From positions 124,001-188,000 of the forward strand of contig OZ234493.1 of assembly GCA_965153455.1 (NCBI GenBank): DNA of 64,000 nucleotides, given 5' to 3'. This document shows positions 50,450 to 64,000 of the stretch, piece by piece. The number at the start of each line of letters is the position of its first letter. The stretch's first letter is position 1. Under the pieces are notes generated by a model, which searched no databases, was not told the origin of the DNA, and was given only the letters and a program-made list of their open reading frames with translations. Origin of the DNA: Sphagnum compactum (Eukaryota). Position numbers and translations under genes: made by a program.

Positions 50450-53400
50450 GAAACATAAATAGATAGTTCATGCATATCTTTTTTTTTATGTTTAAACCTT
50501 TGCTTGTAAATGGGCAAACCAAAATAAATTAATGAATGTTTTTGTGGTGACATGTAGTAAATTAACTATGGGCCTTTTTTTATTCTCCAATATGTATGTG
50601 AAATAAATGAAGATATCAAACAAAGAAAATTTGTGAAAATACACAAAAAAATATGGAACAAATAAAAGAACAATAAACACTAAATGACAATATGAAGCAA
50701 AAAAATGGAACACAACAAGAAAGAAATTATGAAAAAAATAAAGAGACAATAAATGATCGTGGAATAAATGAAAGATTAATGGTAAATAAAAATGAAAAAC
50801 TGAAACAAGAAACAGATAGAAATGATGAGAATTATACCAAAAATCAGTGGGTGGACATGGAAAAAATGAAAAAAAATTGAATATAAATGAAAGTGTGAAG
50901 TGAAAAATAAATAAATAATGCAAGAACATACCAAAAAATAAATAGATCAACTTCATCCACTTGTTAGTTTACATAGAGGAAAAATATAAATCTTGATGTA
51001 TTTTTTGATGAAAATTTGCCAAATAGGTTTGAAAGATGTAAATTAGCAACCATGCATCCAAAAGTGCAAGTTATGTTTGTTCATGTTTTGGTGGATGCAA
51101 CTTAAACTTATTTATTACGTGTTAATAAATAACACATGAAATTGAAAAAAAAAATGTGGAATTCTTGGAATTATTCAACTTATTATGGTTGTTATGAAAC
51201 AACTTTAAATGGTTATATATATAATGGAATGCAAATGCCCCAAATCCAAATGAACTTGTGGAAATTCTGAGAAATGATAGAAATGTCAAAAATGACCTAT
51301 TAAACATTTAAACAATATTATGTCAAAATATCCTTACTTGTGACCCAAAAATAATATATGAAATGACTGAATGTACGAATCAACAAATATTTGTTCGTGT
51401 ATAACAAGACCTTATAATGTGAATCAATATTCAATTTCAACAGGATTTTCACAAATTAATGAATACGTGTAATTGATATAAATGTAATCTTGCTTGTTAC
51501 AAGAATAATAAAGATTTTGAAAATCAATTTTGTAAATATGGATTCCCTAAAACATTAGTATTTTGAACATGATTCTAGACTTTTGCATATAAGAAGAAAT
51601 GATAGGTGGTGGAACAATGCTAATGGACATGGATCATGAATGTTTGTTCATTATAATCATGATTTAAAATTCATGGTTGTTTATGGAAAAGATAGTAAGG
51701 CATCACTTTATTATATCACAAATTACATCACGTATGTATTCATTAATAAAAATTGAAGAAACATATTTTAAAAGCAATTCAAAAGACCATCTAGAGAAAA
51801 ATCATTGTCTAATCATATGTTCATTAAATACAATTGGTTCTCAACAAGAACTATTAGTTATTTGATGAAATTCTATGATCACATAACAAATGTATATTTT
51901 TCTAATATACCTTATAGTTTATCTATGAGCGTTCACAAACATGAAATACTATTGGATGATATTTATGATGATTTGAATACATATGTTTTTTTAATATAAA
52001 TAAGGATCTTAAATACATCAACATACATAACTCATAATTTTCAAATAAATTACCAAAATAGGCCACATGAGTTGGAAAATATTTTTTCCTCATGAATTTG
52101 TTAGTAAATATTTTAAGGTAAATAATACACAGTATTATCAATTTTTTGAAAACACACACATACACTTCACAAGTATAATATTCCTCACATTCCAATTATA
52201 CAAGGTTGTAAAATACCATTACCAAAAAAGGAACTTGAAAATTATGGTTGTGTTATTTGTATTTTATTCATGCCTTGGAAAATCTACAATAATATTCAAT
52301 AAATGCTTCATGGATACAAAATTTACATGTTATTTATCCACATATTTCATCTTTTGATAAACGTATTATTAAAAACATTGAAATTTACATGACTATAAAC
52401 AATCAAGAAATGCTAACATCATGATGAAACAAAATGAAAATGACTGTCAATTTTTTTTATTAAAATATAGATAACTTCATAGATCCCCTTTACATTAAAA
52501 GTGTTAATGATAATGATGATGATATTGAAATATGTATTAACAATCCAATGAAAACAATGTAAATAAAGAATTAGATTTCAAATCAAATCTAACATTTAGC
52601 ATTGAATATCTTATGTGGCATATAAGTAAACAAAATATGTATCTCACATATCAAAGTTACTTATCTCCACGCATAAAAATGATATGCATGATCATATAAA
52701 TAAACAATATGGTGGAATAATCAGAATTTTAAAAGCCTTTAATTTAGAAAATAATATCAAGACATTGAAATGATTACATAAAAATTATTTGAATGCAAAA
52801 GTTCAATCAACCAATAGTAATTTGAACCATGATTTTTCCAATAGGATTAATAATACATGTGAAAATTTTAAAAACTAAATATTAGACTTTCTTTATGAAT
52901 GCAATGATGAAAATGTTCTTTTTGACATGGTCATTAATATTCATAATTTTTTTTCACCAATATTAACCAATATTCATAACTCAATCCAAATTGAAATATG
53001 TTTAATTTGAATAATTTGCAAGTTAAAGCATTTGATGAGTTCATAGTTGACCCATTATTTAGTATGCTTCAAAAATATATATATTTATATAAGCAATGTT
53101 GTTGGGATTGGAAAAATTCAAAAAAAAAAAAGTATTAGTTTTTGAAATTTGAAATAAACCCACAATCTAGTTTTCTAAATGGTTTTTCAAGAAAATTGAA
53201 GGTGCCTTTAGTTTTGGTTTTGGATAGAAAACAAATCCTATTAATCCAATTCATGTGTTTTAAAAAAGAATTTCAAACTTGGTATAATTTGCAATTAATT
53301 TCACCTTAAATAAACACAACTCCCTTACTAAAAAAATGCATGATATTAATGTTATAAAATTAATTTAAATTGACCTTGTGATTAATCAACACATCTACTT

Positions 53401-54200
53401 TGTATCTTTTGAAAATGTTGATTGCTTAAATTATTTAAACCTATGCAAATAAAAACTACAACATTGATTCAATCTAGTTTTTTAACACTTTAATTGGAGG
53501 TTAATAGCATAATCCAAAAAGTGGTAGAAAGTTAATAACATAATCCAAAATAAATTCCTTGTATGAGGAAAAGATGGATGTCCAATTATCTAGGCTTGGC
53601 CATGGATCCTAGAATCAACCAAATTTGTTTTATGTATTCCTTAATCAAAGCCCTGAAACTTTTAATGAAAATATGAAATTTAATCATGAACGATTTGAAA
53701 AATCTCTTACCACCTAACCTTTGTTTACATTCATGTTACTTCTAATCGAACCTTTTGTTAAAATTTTAGTTCATCCATGAATGGTCCATGAAAAAACTAA
53801 CCATTGAATTCAAGTTAGTTTACACATTCACAAAATTTTTAGTAAAAATTTCATTCAAAATCAATTGGGTTCAATAAGATAGCAAAACGATATCAACCTC
53901 CTTTAAAACTAATCAAGTGTTGTTAAAGGGTGGATCCATAGTTTCATAAATTAACAAAAGAAAAACTCAAACATAACATTCATAATGACTAAGTGGTTGA
54001 ATTTCAACTCAAATTGTAGTCCTTGAAATAAGAATAAAACCTTATTATTTAAAAAATGTGAACATAAATTTGAAGACATTTAAAAAGGGATAGCAACTTC
54101 AAAAGGAAGTTCAATTAAATCGAATAATGTTAAAATGAATATGTCAACTCATAATTAAGTTTTCAATGTAGTCTGTCACTACCCATGTGCAACCCCTACC
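50450..54200 (+). mobile_element. Highly decayed AT-rich transposon-derived region, possibly a Helitron Rep/helicase relic
   Basis: Very AT-rich, CpG-depleted DNA with coding-like remnants, e.g. VGIGK (Walker-A-like) near 53101. No intact ORF; the family assignment is weak. Confidence 0.3.
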
Positions 54201-55281
54201 ACTTTATTGATGCACTTTTATTGAATGCATGAATGTTAAAGTTTCAATGCATGCACTTATTTGATCAAATCCTCACCCAAATCCTCAAAGCACTGGTCAT
54301 CCATAAGAAAATGTTCGAAAGAACACACAATATTGTAATTTTCAATCTACATTCATAAATTTCACCAATATGAATGTTTAAGAAAACATACAATGCTACA
54401 ATTTCAAGGTTTTTGAGTATTTATTTCTCATTTATCTTTAAAGTCTCAACCCAACATTTGTTCTTGCATTTGAAAATCTCAAAAACCAAACTACAAGCCT
54501 TGATTTCACCTAGTGCCCCAAGTTGAGAAATAAAGAATTCAACACAATAACCAAAACACAATATGAGCGAGTCCTTCATTCATTTATCTTATGTTAGAGT
54601 TTAAAAACACTCTAGTGTGTTCTGCAACAATCGACTTTTGAAAGGACTTGATTAAATAATACAACAAATCCTAAAACTAAAACATTAGCAATTTGTAATT
54701 CATCCATTATGAGTTCAACCAAAATTGAAAGCACAAAACAATGGAAAAACCAAAGAACATAATTTTAAAAAAAAAACAAAGAAACTCAGATGAGGTGTAA
54801 GATGAAGTTATGAAATTTAGGTGCAAAGCAAAACATTATAAGACATGGCAAAAACAATCACGAATTTTATAAGAGGCAACTATTTACAAAAGTTGATGCC
54901 CAAAGATAAGAAGGTGTTAGGCAACAATAAGGGAATTGACACAATGCAAATGACAAAAGCGTCATGAGTGCAATAAGAAAATGTTAAGAATAGAGTTTTG
55001 GAGACAAAGGCTTATGACACTAGTGAGCTATTTACAAATGAAATAATGTTTATAGATGTACATGGCAAAGCTTCAATACGAAGAAAAACCATGTATGTAT
55101 ATATAATCAAGGATGGCAATCCATCCACAAAAAGTACAAGGCATGTCAAAGCAAATGTAAACGCATGAAAGGAAAACCAAAACAACCAAATCAGTAGTAA
55201 CGAAGTAGAAGACCTAATGCTAAAAGGGCATCCTCTACCACAAATTAGCAGCTAGTGATGGAGGTGCACTAACTGGTATGT

Positions 55282-55410
55282 GAAGAATTGTAACTAAACA
55301 AAACAGCCCATTGAAGAATCACAAGAAGAATTGTAACTAAACATAACAACCCGTTGAAGAATCACAAGAAGAATTGTAACTAAACATAACAACCCGTTGA
55401 AGAATCACAA
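55282..55410. repeat. 43-bp tandem repeat, 3 copies
   Basis: GAAGAATTGTAACTAAACA(A/T)AACA(G/A)CCC(A/G)TTGAAGAATCACAA at 55282, 55325 and 55368. Confidence 0.95.
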
Positions 55411-55684
55411 TGGCTTGCACACATTGGAGGGCTATTGACATTCATTGCCTATAAGCTTCAACAAGGAACACAAATACAAAGGGAGAAACTTACTTGCAAA
55501 CTCGAAGGTTATTGCAATATAACAAAGTTCACCAATTGATGATGACATGAAGCTCCTACAAATTCATGGTGATAAAGGTAACCATTTATGCCTTTATGTG
55601 AATGTGTGATGAAGTTAGTCATAATGATGCTTGTCCTATCAACCAACAATGTCCAAGGTGCGAACATGAAGATGCAGGACACAA

Positions 55685-56225
55685 ATTCTGCATCTTCTCC
55701 AGAGATTCCACACCCTGGAATGCATAGCCTACCACTCTGCAACCTTCTCTGGAGATTCCATGCTCTGGAATACAAAGAATGCCATTTCTGCATCTTCTCT
55801 GGAGATTCCATGCTCCTGGAATGCAAAGCATACCATTCTGCGTCTTCTCTGGAGATTCCATGCTCCTGGAATTGCACGGCCTACCATTCTGCATCTTCTC
55901 TGGAGATTCCTTGCTCCTGGAATTGCCCGGCCTACCATTCTGCATCTTCTCTGGAGATTCCATGCTCCTGGAATTGCATAGCTTACCATTCTGCATCTTC
56001 GCTGGAGATTTCCATGCTCCCAGGATGCACTGCCTACCCATTCTGCATCTTCTCTGGAGATTCTCCGGTCCCAGAATGCACACCCTTCTCTGAAGATTCC
56101 ACGCTCTCACAATCCATACCCTACCATTCTGCATGTTGTATGAAGATTCCACGCCCCGGGAACGCACACCCTTGTCTGGAGATTCCACGCTCCCGGAATG
56201 CAAACCCTACCATTCTGCAAACCTG
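55685..56225. repeat. ~50-51-bp minisatellite, ~10-11 copies, upstream of the SURP/CCCH gene
   Basis: Unit CCATTCTGCATCTTCTCTGGAGATTCCATGCTCCTGGAAT(T)GCA...CCTA, e.g. at 55833, 55884, 55935 and 55986. It degenerates towards both ends. Confidence 0.95.
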
Positions 56226-56757
56226 CTTCTCGCCGGTGTGGGGGCGTCATGGCATGCTGCCAGGGTCTTGATCGTCGTTGCAAAATTCTTGAACGGAAAA
56301 CTCTCGACAAAAAAAGCAAGCGAGGATCAAGAAACTCTCCTTGTCGTTGTATTGCAACAAATAGATCAAATATGTAACTATACTACTTTGGAGAAAGAGA
56401 AAGAGAAGAGTCGAGAGAGAGACAGAGACACAGAGACAAAGAGACATCCCAGAGAGTTTCCTCATTGTGGGCTGTGAATAGCGATGAGCAAAATGTGGGT
56501 GGTTGTGCGCACCCTTTGTGAGTGTTCTAGGATCCACTCGATGTCCTCTTGCAAGCTGCGGTTGCATGCGGCAGCCTTGGGTATCAACAGAACTTGGAAC
56601 TGACTTCTCAAGTTTTTAGGGTTTGCAGCAGCAGGCTGCGAATTGTGTGGGAGGGAGGGGAGGGAGTCTTCTCAGCTCTGTTGTAAGTAAGTATTCCTTC
56701 CTGAGAGTGCAAGGGGTTCTTCTTCTTCTTGTGAAGAAGTCAGTCAGGAGAGAAGCA

Positions 56758-59700
56758 ATGTTTTGGACAGGGCGAGACAATCTGTATGGGCACATGAGAA
56801 GCAGCCCCGGTAATCATCCAGCAGCTCAACCCCCCTTTGTGGGAATTCAAGGAGGAGGAGGAGGAGCAAATCCAGGAGCAAATCTAGCAGGCCACCCACA
56901 CCCAGGGTTTCCACCCTCCCCTTCTCAGCAGCAGCAGCAGCTCCTTGCAGCAGCTGCTGCAGACAATTTGCTGTCCATGGACAATCCGCCTGCGATGCCT
57001 CGGGATGCTGAAATGCTGAAGAACATTCATGTCTTGTCTAGTTTTGTAGTGAAAAATGGGCCAGACTTTGAGCAATTGGCACGGAAGAAGCAGGTTGGGG
57101 ATCCGAAGTTTGGGTTTCTGTTTGGTGGTGATCCAGACACGGATGCTGGAATTGGACAGCGATACTATGAGTGGAAAAAACGAGCCTTAGAGGCTGGCTT
57201 GCGGGTAGCAGCTCAGGCCAGCAGTGGCCTTCTAGTTTCTCCTGTACAGCCAAGTGCTCCTCCATATGCAGAGAAATTGACGTCAGATGCTCCAGCTTCT
57301 CCTGCGGGTTCTGACATGGATCTGGAAGGTGATCTGAAATATTCATAACCTCATCATTGTTGGTGTCTCTTGTTTCCATTTGGGTTGACTGCAATCATAA
57401 GTATGAAGTTCTTGGTATACTTACGAAGATTTGATTCTTAGAAACCTGGAAATTTTCCATTATGTCTTGGGTGGTGAGCTCACTGATCTACATGGAATAG
57501 CATGCCTAATTGTGTCATGACAATTCATCCAGCAGATGATTCTGCTTCCCCTCCTCCATCAGCATTTGAGAACAAAGTGGCAACATTTGTACAACCAGTG
57601 GAACCCAAAGTTTTCCTAGGAACTGAGGTTAAGGGGCAGGAGGAAGCTGCATTGGTACGTGGTGAAGGGAGGGACTTTAGAGCAGCTGCTCCAGGAGTGA
57701 AAGTGCCTGAAACTGGGACTGGTCTGAAAGAAGATGCACCCTCAGAGTCAAGAAGAAGAGGTGACACAGATTCCAATGTTTCTCAAAATGTACAATTCTG
57801 ATGCCTGAAGTGATAAAACTATGTCGGTCACTACATTGAATCCCCTTGTGATATCCCAACTTTCAATTTGTGGTGTGGTGTTGCAGATACTCGACGGTGG
57901 ACGGGATTTGACAGACCATGTATGCAAGAAATAAGCCCTGTGAGAAAACCAGCAAGCCCACATCAAGATGCACTTCCACGCTCAAGTGAGAAAGTTCCAT
58001 TTCAAGAGAGAAAACCTTCTTCTGTAGCAAATGGACATCACGCTGCTGAAGTTACCATAAGAGCATCCCGCTGGGCCCCTGTGGAGCCTAGTGTGATTCC
58101 AGAGGCCCCGAAACCTTCAGTTGGGGATTCCTCCCTGCAAAAGCCCGAGCAATCAGAAGTGGTGCAAAAGCTCGAAACTCCTCCATCGGCAGATAATCTG
58201 GATCTTCCTGGTAACGACAACAGCTGCCAGCTATTGTTTTCGAATAAATATTGATATTTATTGCTGGATCAGCACTGATGGGATCTTTCTTCTGAGATCT
58301 AATCTTGTTGAGCCGGGGATGAGTACACAATGCTGGAGAAATCCTGATGCATTTCTGCCTTTAAAGAGATAGGTGTTTCTCAGTTGTAGCAGTACAACCT
58401 GGGAACCTGGTATTCTTGGCAAGAAATCTTAGATAGGTAGCTTGAATATGGATTGGGATCACTCCTGTGGGGACTCTTGTTGTTCTCCAAATCACATGAT
58501 CAGAATACTTTCGGTGTCTGTTCTTTTCTGTTTCTCCTCATCCTCTTCCCTTCTTTTCTCTCTTTGGGTGGTGATTTTTCTTCCTCATGCTCCCTTCTTT
58601 TCATTGTTTCCTCTTTGAACTTCCATTCCCATTATGTTTTTGAGCCAACCAACATTATGGCTGGAGGCTTTCAGGTACTTCAAGACTTTGTGGGAAATTA
58701 TAATTTGGTTCTATTTGACATTCATGTATTTTTCCAGGAAACTGATGAAGTTCTCGGGGATCCTCTGATCGTCTCAGTAAGTATGGATAGTTCTAAACAC
58801 TTATATAGTTCATTGATTATTTGTTGCTGATTCAGCAACAACACCTTGGACTTTCCAACACAAAGTGATTTTTAGGGTAAATGTGATATCTTTTGTATGT
58901 GCTGATTCTTTGATGAAGCTCAGTGCAACTAGTGTTGATCTCTCTATAGGATTTTACGCTTTTAACTAGTGTATGTTTTGTGGGTCATGTGTTAATGAAG
59001 AAACCCAAAATAGGAGTGATGGCAAAGGTATGCGGGATGCAAAGAATATCAGACCTGGTCGGAGCTCCTTGGTGCTCGAGCAAGAACCTCCAACAATAGA
59101 TGAGTTTGGGAGGCTGAAAAGGCCTGAGTCAAGTGATAGTGAAGAAGAGGATGCCTATTATCGTAAGAGACGAAGGAGAAGCCCAAGCTGGAGTCACAGT
59201 CGAAGCCGGTCTCCTGGAGAGAATCGATGGCAACGCCACAGTCGCAGCCGATCCCCACCTCGGAGGCACCAGCGCAGCCGATCATACAGGTTTGTGCTTT
59301 GAGCAAAAGCACCCTGAAAATCAAGCTTAGACTCTCAGTAGAAGCCTAGCAGAACTTAACATTTGAGTGAGAATTCTGCTCAATCCAGATTTAGTGATGG
59401 TGCATTTTCTCTTTTTATGTTGGTCTCTCGATGCAGTCACTCTTCAAGGCGACACCGAAGCTACAGTCCATCACCTCCCCCACGGGATTCTAGAGCAGGT
59501 GCCAAGAGCAGTTGGGGTGCTGACAGCAAGTTTCAAGAGCGGGGGGGAGGAAGGAGGGGAGGACGGGGAGAGACAGGTGGTGGGGGTGCACCACCTGCAT
59601 GCCTTGATTTCTCTCGGGGAAAGTGCCATCGTGGAAGTTCATGCCGGTTTTTACATGCAGACCACAACAACACTGATGGAACTTCTTCTGGTGATCCAGG

Positions 59701-62106
59701 CAGAGGAGGGGGATGGTATGGGTCCAGGGGTGGTGGTGGTGGTGGTGGTCAGTCATCTTCTGGGTGGGCAGATGAGAGTTCCAGGGCAAGACAGAATTGG
59801 GATTCTACCACAGAAACAGAAAAGGAGAATGACACAGAGAAGGTTGTGGAAGATAAAGGGACACACAAAGCTCAGGGATCTCCAGCAAAGAATTACGGTG
59901 ATGACCTTAATGCTAACTTGATAAAAACAGAGACAAAAGAGACATCTGACAGTAAGAGTGTTGTGGTTAAGCTAGCATCTTTTACAGATCCTCCTCCTTT
60001 GGCTCGCCTTCCCACAATTGCACCAATTCCTTTACCCCGTTCCTCTAGTAATTTTCCCTCAAATTTGGTCAACCCCTTGGCTGCAACTCTTCCACCACAA
60101 GATCCAGCAATTTCTGTTTCACAAGCATTTTCATCAATTGCTTCTGCCCAGCCAGTAGCAGCCTTTGCCATGGATGTGCCAGAAAAAAACTACACTGCAA
60201 ATACTTCTCTGATGCAGCTGGGATTTGATGGTCAATTACCAACACCTTCACTGCTGCCTGGTTTTATGGGGCTTCAGCATCATCATCCCTCATTGCACCT
60301 CCAGGAGTCCTATTCAGCTCCTGTGCCTCAACCACCTGCTTATTCTCAGACTGCCATGCACTCACATCCACACCCAGGTGGTTTTCCACAGATGGCAATT
60401 CAACACCAACTCCTTCCTTCTAGTACCCCTGGCTCAGTGTGGCCTATGGGTTATACAGTTACTCAAACAATGCAGAACTATGGGCTGCGAGGCACTACAG
60501 CCTCACCTGCTCAGCAGACTAATCTTCAACCTTTCTCCCAACAACAACAACATGCAGGTGTATCTGCCTCACAGGAGCCATATGACCCATTGATGGTAGA
60601 TACCTTTGAGCCGGAGCTTGTGGGTGCAAGAGAGGTGGAGCCAAAGCCAGACTTTGGTGGACCTGGGGATATGAACATGGTTATAATGGAAAGCGTAAGT
60701 CCTGGGCTACCTAGTCGCCATCATCATCATCCTATGACCACTACTAGTGTGAATCAAGGTGCTCCTGATGCCTTGGTAATGGAGAGTGTAAGTCCAACAA
60801 CCCTTCCATCAGGCACACAACAACAACAACATCAACAACGTTCTCATTCTGTGTTAGAATCATCATTGCCTTTGCACCAAGCAGCAATTGTAGTGTCATC
60901 AACTTATGGGCTGTTTCCATCCCAGCCTAAGGACCGAGGTTTGTGGGGTTTGGAGAATGGGATCTCAGCTGCAGATGGAAACCGGAACTGGAATTCAGGT
61001 TTGGTGACCTCGGAGAGAGAATCAGAGAGGCAACCAACTGGTGACATCAATGATAACAATACAGCTGGTCACCCATCACAACAACCAGCAGAAAAACATG
61101 AGAAAGAGGGAGGGCAGTATAGAGAACTTGGGCAAGATGATCAGGAAGGGAAAGAAAAAGAAGGGCGTGGTTTAACACTTGTTAGAGCTGCAGTGACAGA
61201 ATATGTGAAAGATGTACTGAAACCCACATGGCGTGAAGGGCATATGAGCAAGGAGGCGTTCAAGACTATTGCCAAAAGAGCGGTTGATAAAGTCTTGGGT
61301 GCCTTACAACCACACCAGATCCCCAAGACTGCAGAAAAAGTGGACACTTATATGTCATGTTCACGACCTAAGATTCTTAAACTTGTTCAGGTTTCTGCAT
61401 TCAACAATCTCTCTTCTTTGGCTCTTTTTTTTGTTGGGGGCTTAATTGCTGAATTACACAGTTTCCTTGCATTAACTTTTAACATAGACAACGTTGAAAT
61501 TCAGAAAGCCCCATTTTTGGCACATATTCCCAAGAGGTGAGAACCACAGTATTGAGCAGAAGATCTAATTGTCAATCTAACACAGCTGAAAATGGAAGTT
61601 TCTGCCCCACCATACACATGAAAAGCAAGAAATAGCTGGTCAGGTGTTCTAGCAAAAGATAAGACTGTAGGAGGGTGCAGGTTTTTACACCCTTTGCTTG
61701 ACAGTGCTGAAAGAGAAGAGCTTGGAAATTGTGACAATTTTGAAGCAATTCTTCTTGAAAGGCAATTGTTGGAGCTGTTGATGTTGTCCTTTGTTTGCCA
61801 TCACTGTAAATTTTCCAAGCTTTGCTGTCTCTTGATGTTGTTCTGGTCACGTTATCAAAAGGTGTCAGGGGTGGGGGATGATGATGGATGCCAGATGCTA
61901 GAATTCCCTTTGATCTAGTGTAGGATCTAGACACTACTTTTACCAAATTCTGAACCCTTCATGAAATGCATGAAATGTGTAATCTTTGTGTGTAGACTGT
62001 TTTGAAAATGTAAAATGAATGGTGCATGCATGCAAGTGCCCTGATGCAGTTGGGTGTGCCTCTACTGAGTTTGCAGGGATATGTGGACAAATACGTGAAG
62101 ATTTGA
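56758..62106 (+). CDS. SURP(SWAP) + RS-rich + CCCH zinc-finger protein with a FES1/C3H55-like C-terminal domain
   Basis: ATG at 56758 (MFWTGRDN). SURP motif IHVLSSFVVKNGPDFEQLARKKQVGDPKFGFL...YYEWKK; DEFGRL; RS repeats; CCCH CLDFSRGKCHRGSSCRFLH; C-terminus EYVKDVLKPTWREGHMSKEAFKTIAKRAVDKV...KILKLVQ|GYVDKYVKI*, with the last exon at 62077-62106. Some internal exon limits are uncertain. Confidence 0.9.
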
Positions 62107-64000
62107 AGGTTCTGAGGATACACTTGTCCCCACCCCCTGCAGTTTCCTGTTATATTTTAGAGCTGAAGGTTAGCGACAGACTTCACAAGACTTTACACTA
62201 TTTCCCTTGAGGTCAGATGCAGCTTATTCTATTACCAGATGCTGTGTACTGCTTGGTTTTTTGCAGAGCAGGATTGTACAACTCTCTCTTGTGGATTAGG
62301 TGAGGCTTTTGGGTAGTAGTAGAGGATATGGTGTGTCTCCTTTACTGTCTTCTGTCCTCTCAGAGGGAAAAAAAAGACACATTTGTGCATCATTTGTGTG
62401 TTTATGCCTCTGCCTCTCTCCATCAACTAAATCTTATACATCTATGGACAAGATTTAAAATCACAATTTGAGAGAACAGAAGAAAAGTTTTATTGGGTTT
62501 TCTGTGTTGTGGAAATTACATGATGTTCTTCTCCACCCCTCATTCTTCTCCACCCCGCAACAATAATATCAGACAAACAACAAAATCCTTGGGACTTTCG
62601 TGTTGGATGTTACCCAAGCCACCAGCTGTGTGCTTTGTGTTGGAATTTGCTACTTGCACAACCAGAGATTGAGCTTCTTCTTCATCTTCATCTTCAAATT
62701 GAGTACTTGTTTGTTAAATTTGTAGCTTCAATGTTTCTGTTGAAGTGTGTTCTAATTTTTACACCCAGATTTGAGCTTCTTGTCTGGACTTGATGCAAAG
62801 CAACAGGTAAGGCTTTTGAAGGACGTCAACATTTTGATTGGTTCCTTTTTCTGCAGAAACACTGCTGATTGAGCAGCTTATTTGTCTTCAAATCTTCAAA
62901 TTGTACATTTTCTTTCTTAGAATTAGGCAATGCAATGTTTCTGTTGAATTGTGTTCTAATTTTTGCATCCAGATCAAGCTTCTTCTCAGTAAGAACATGT
63001 CAGATTTTTTTAAGGACTTCCAATACTGCAATTCCTCCTCGGCAGAAAAACCTCTTTTGGGAATGAAGAAGATTGTCATACAGAAATTGTCCCATATGAT
63101 TTGTGTGGAATATTATCATCTAGTACATATTGCAAAATCTGACAACTTTATCTACTTTTGTAGAATGTGAACCCAAAGAATTTGGGATTTGAACTTTGAA
63201 AGAAAAGCAAAAGCAAAATTTGCAGTTGAGGAAGCAAAATAATTTTCAGTACTTTGTGATTTGCTTAAAATCCACAGAATTACCAATTTTGAATTTATTG
63301 AATTTATGAACCCTGAAAAAATGAAACAAATGGGGGAAAAAGTCCTTTTTTTTGTTTATTCATTTATTTATTTATTTATTTTATTTACTTATCTCAAAAT
63401 TATTAGTGTTGGGCAGATACCACATTTTTTATATATTTGTTGATTTTGGTTTCAAAATAGGTTTTAAGAACTGGGTTGGATCTTCTTCTTTTTTTTTTTT
63501 TTGCAAAATACAAAAGAAGAACACATTGTGTGCATTGTTTATTAGTTCATGCTAAACAAAAATTTAAGATTCCTAACAAAATGAGAGTACTAAGTAAATG
63601 TGTTTCAAAAATATAACACACAAATGTTGTGCAAGTGTAAATGTCAAAATATGTTCTACAAAAAAATGTAAACATAATAACTCAGCATGAAAATGCAAAG
63701 CATTATTTTGGTTATTTATTTACATACTATTTATTGCTTTGTTTATTTGCTCATTTGTTTAGTTATTTACTTATGTGGCATTTATTACTTTATTTATTTG
63801 TTCATTCATTTAGTTTATTTAGTTATGTGCAAATTTTGAAAGTAGAGAAATGTCATGAGTGGTGTTATTTTTAATATTACGTATTTGTCCAAAATTTTTT
63901 GAAAAAATTGGCCAAATTTTCAATATATCCACACACACACATACACAAATAAATTTAAATAAATAAATTACTTAAAATATCATTAATAATAATAATAATA

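Noticed and set aside
55685-56225. CRISPR-like repeat/spacer pattern, or heat-shock-element array
   Set aside because: The variable linkers are only ~12 bp and related to each other. GAA/TTC spacing does not fit nGAAnnTTCn periodicity.
62668-62985. Short duplicated segment (CAATGTTTCTGTTGAA.TGTGTTCTAATTTTT) ~200 bp apart; also a 30-bp repeat at 46263/46320
   Set aside because: Ordinary local duplications with no sign of function.

Overview
Eukaryotic plant nuclear DNA, most likely a moss. Sphagnum is my inference from the style of the PLS-PPR N-terminus and the AT-rich, transposon-derived intergenic DNA. Four apparently intact protein-coding genes: a LUMINIDEPENDENS-like homeobox/TFIIS-N gene (-, 16611-25828), a 5-exon pectate lyase (-, 34830-37626), a FYVE-less FAB1/PIKfyve PI3P 5-kinase whose whole CDS is one 4.8-kb exon (-, 40573-45417), and a SURP + CCCH zinc-finger gene with a FES1-like C-terminus (+, 56758-62106). 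Also present: two PLS-PPR pseudogene regions, a short non-autonomous Helitron with intact ends, a CACTA transposase relic and several tandem repeats. The most notable observations are (1) a structurally intact but variant U1 snRNA gene, with TATA box and CpG-rich promoter, inside a broken PPR-DYW editing-factor gene; (2) a 46-codon Cys-rich uORF in the spliced leader of FAB1; (3) the intron-free FAB1 CDS alongside a still-spliced leader. All calls come from reading the sequence by eye; no database searches were run.
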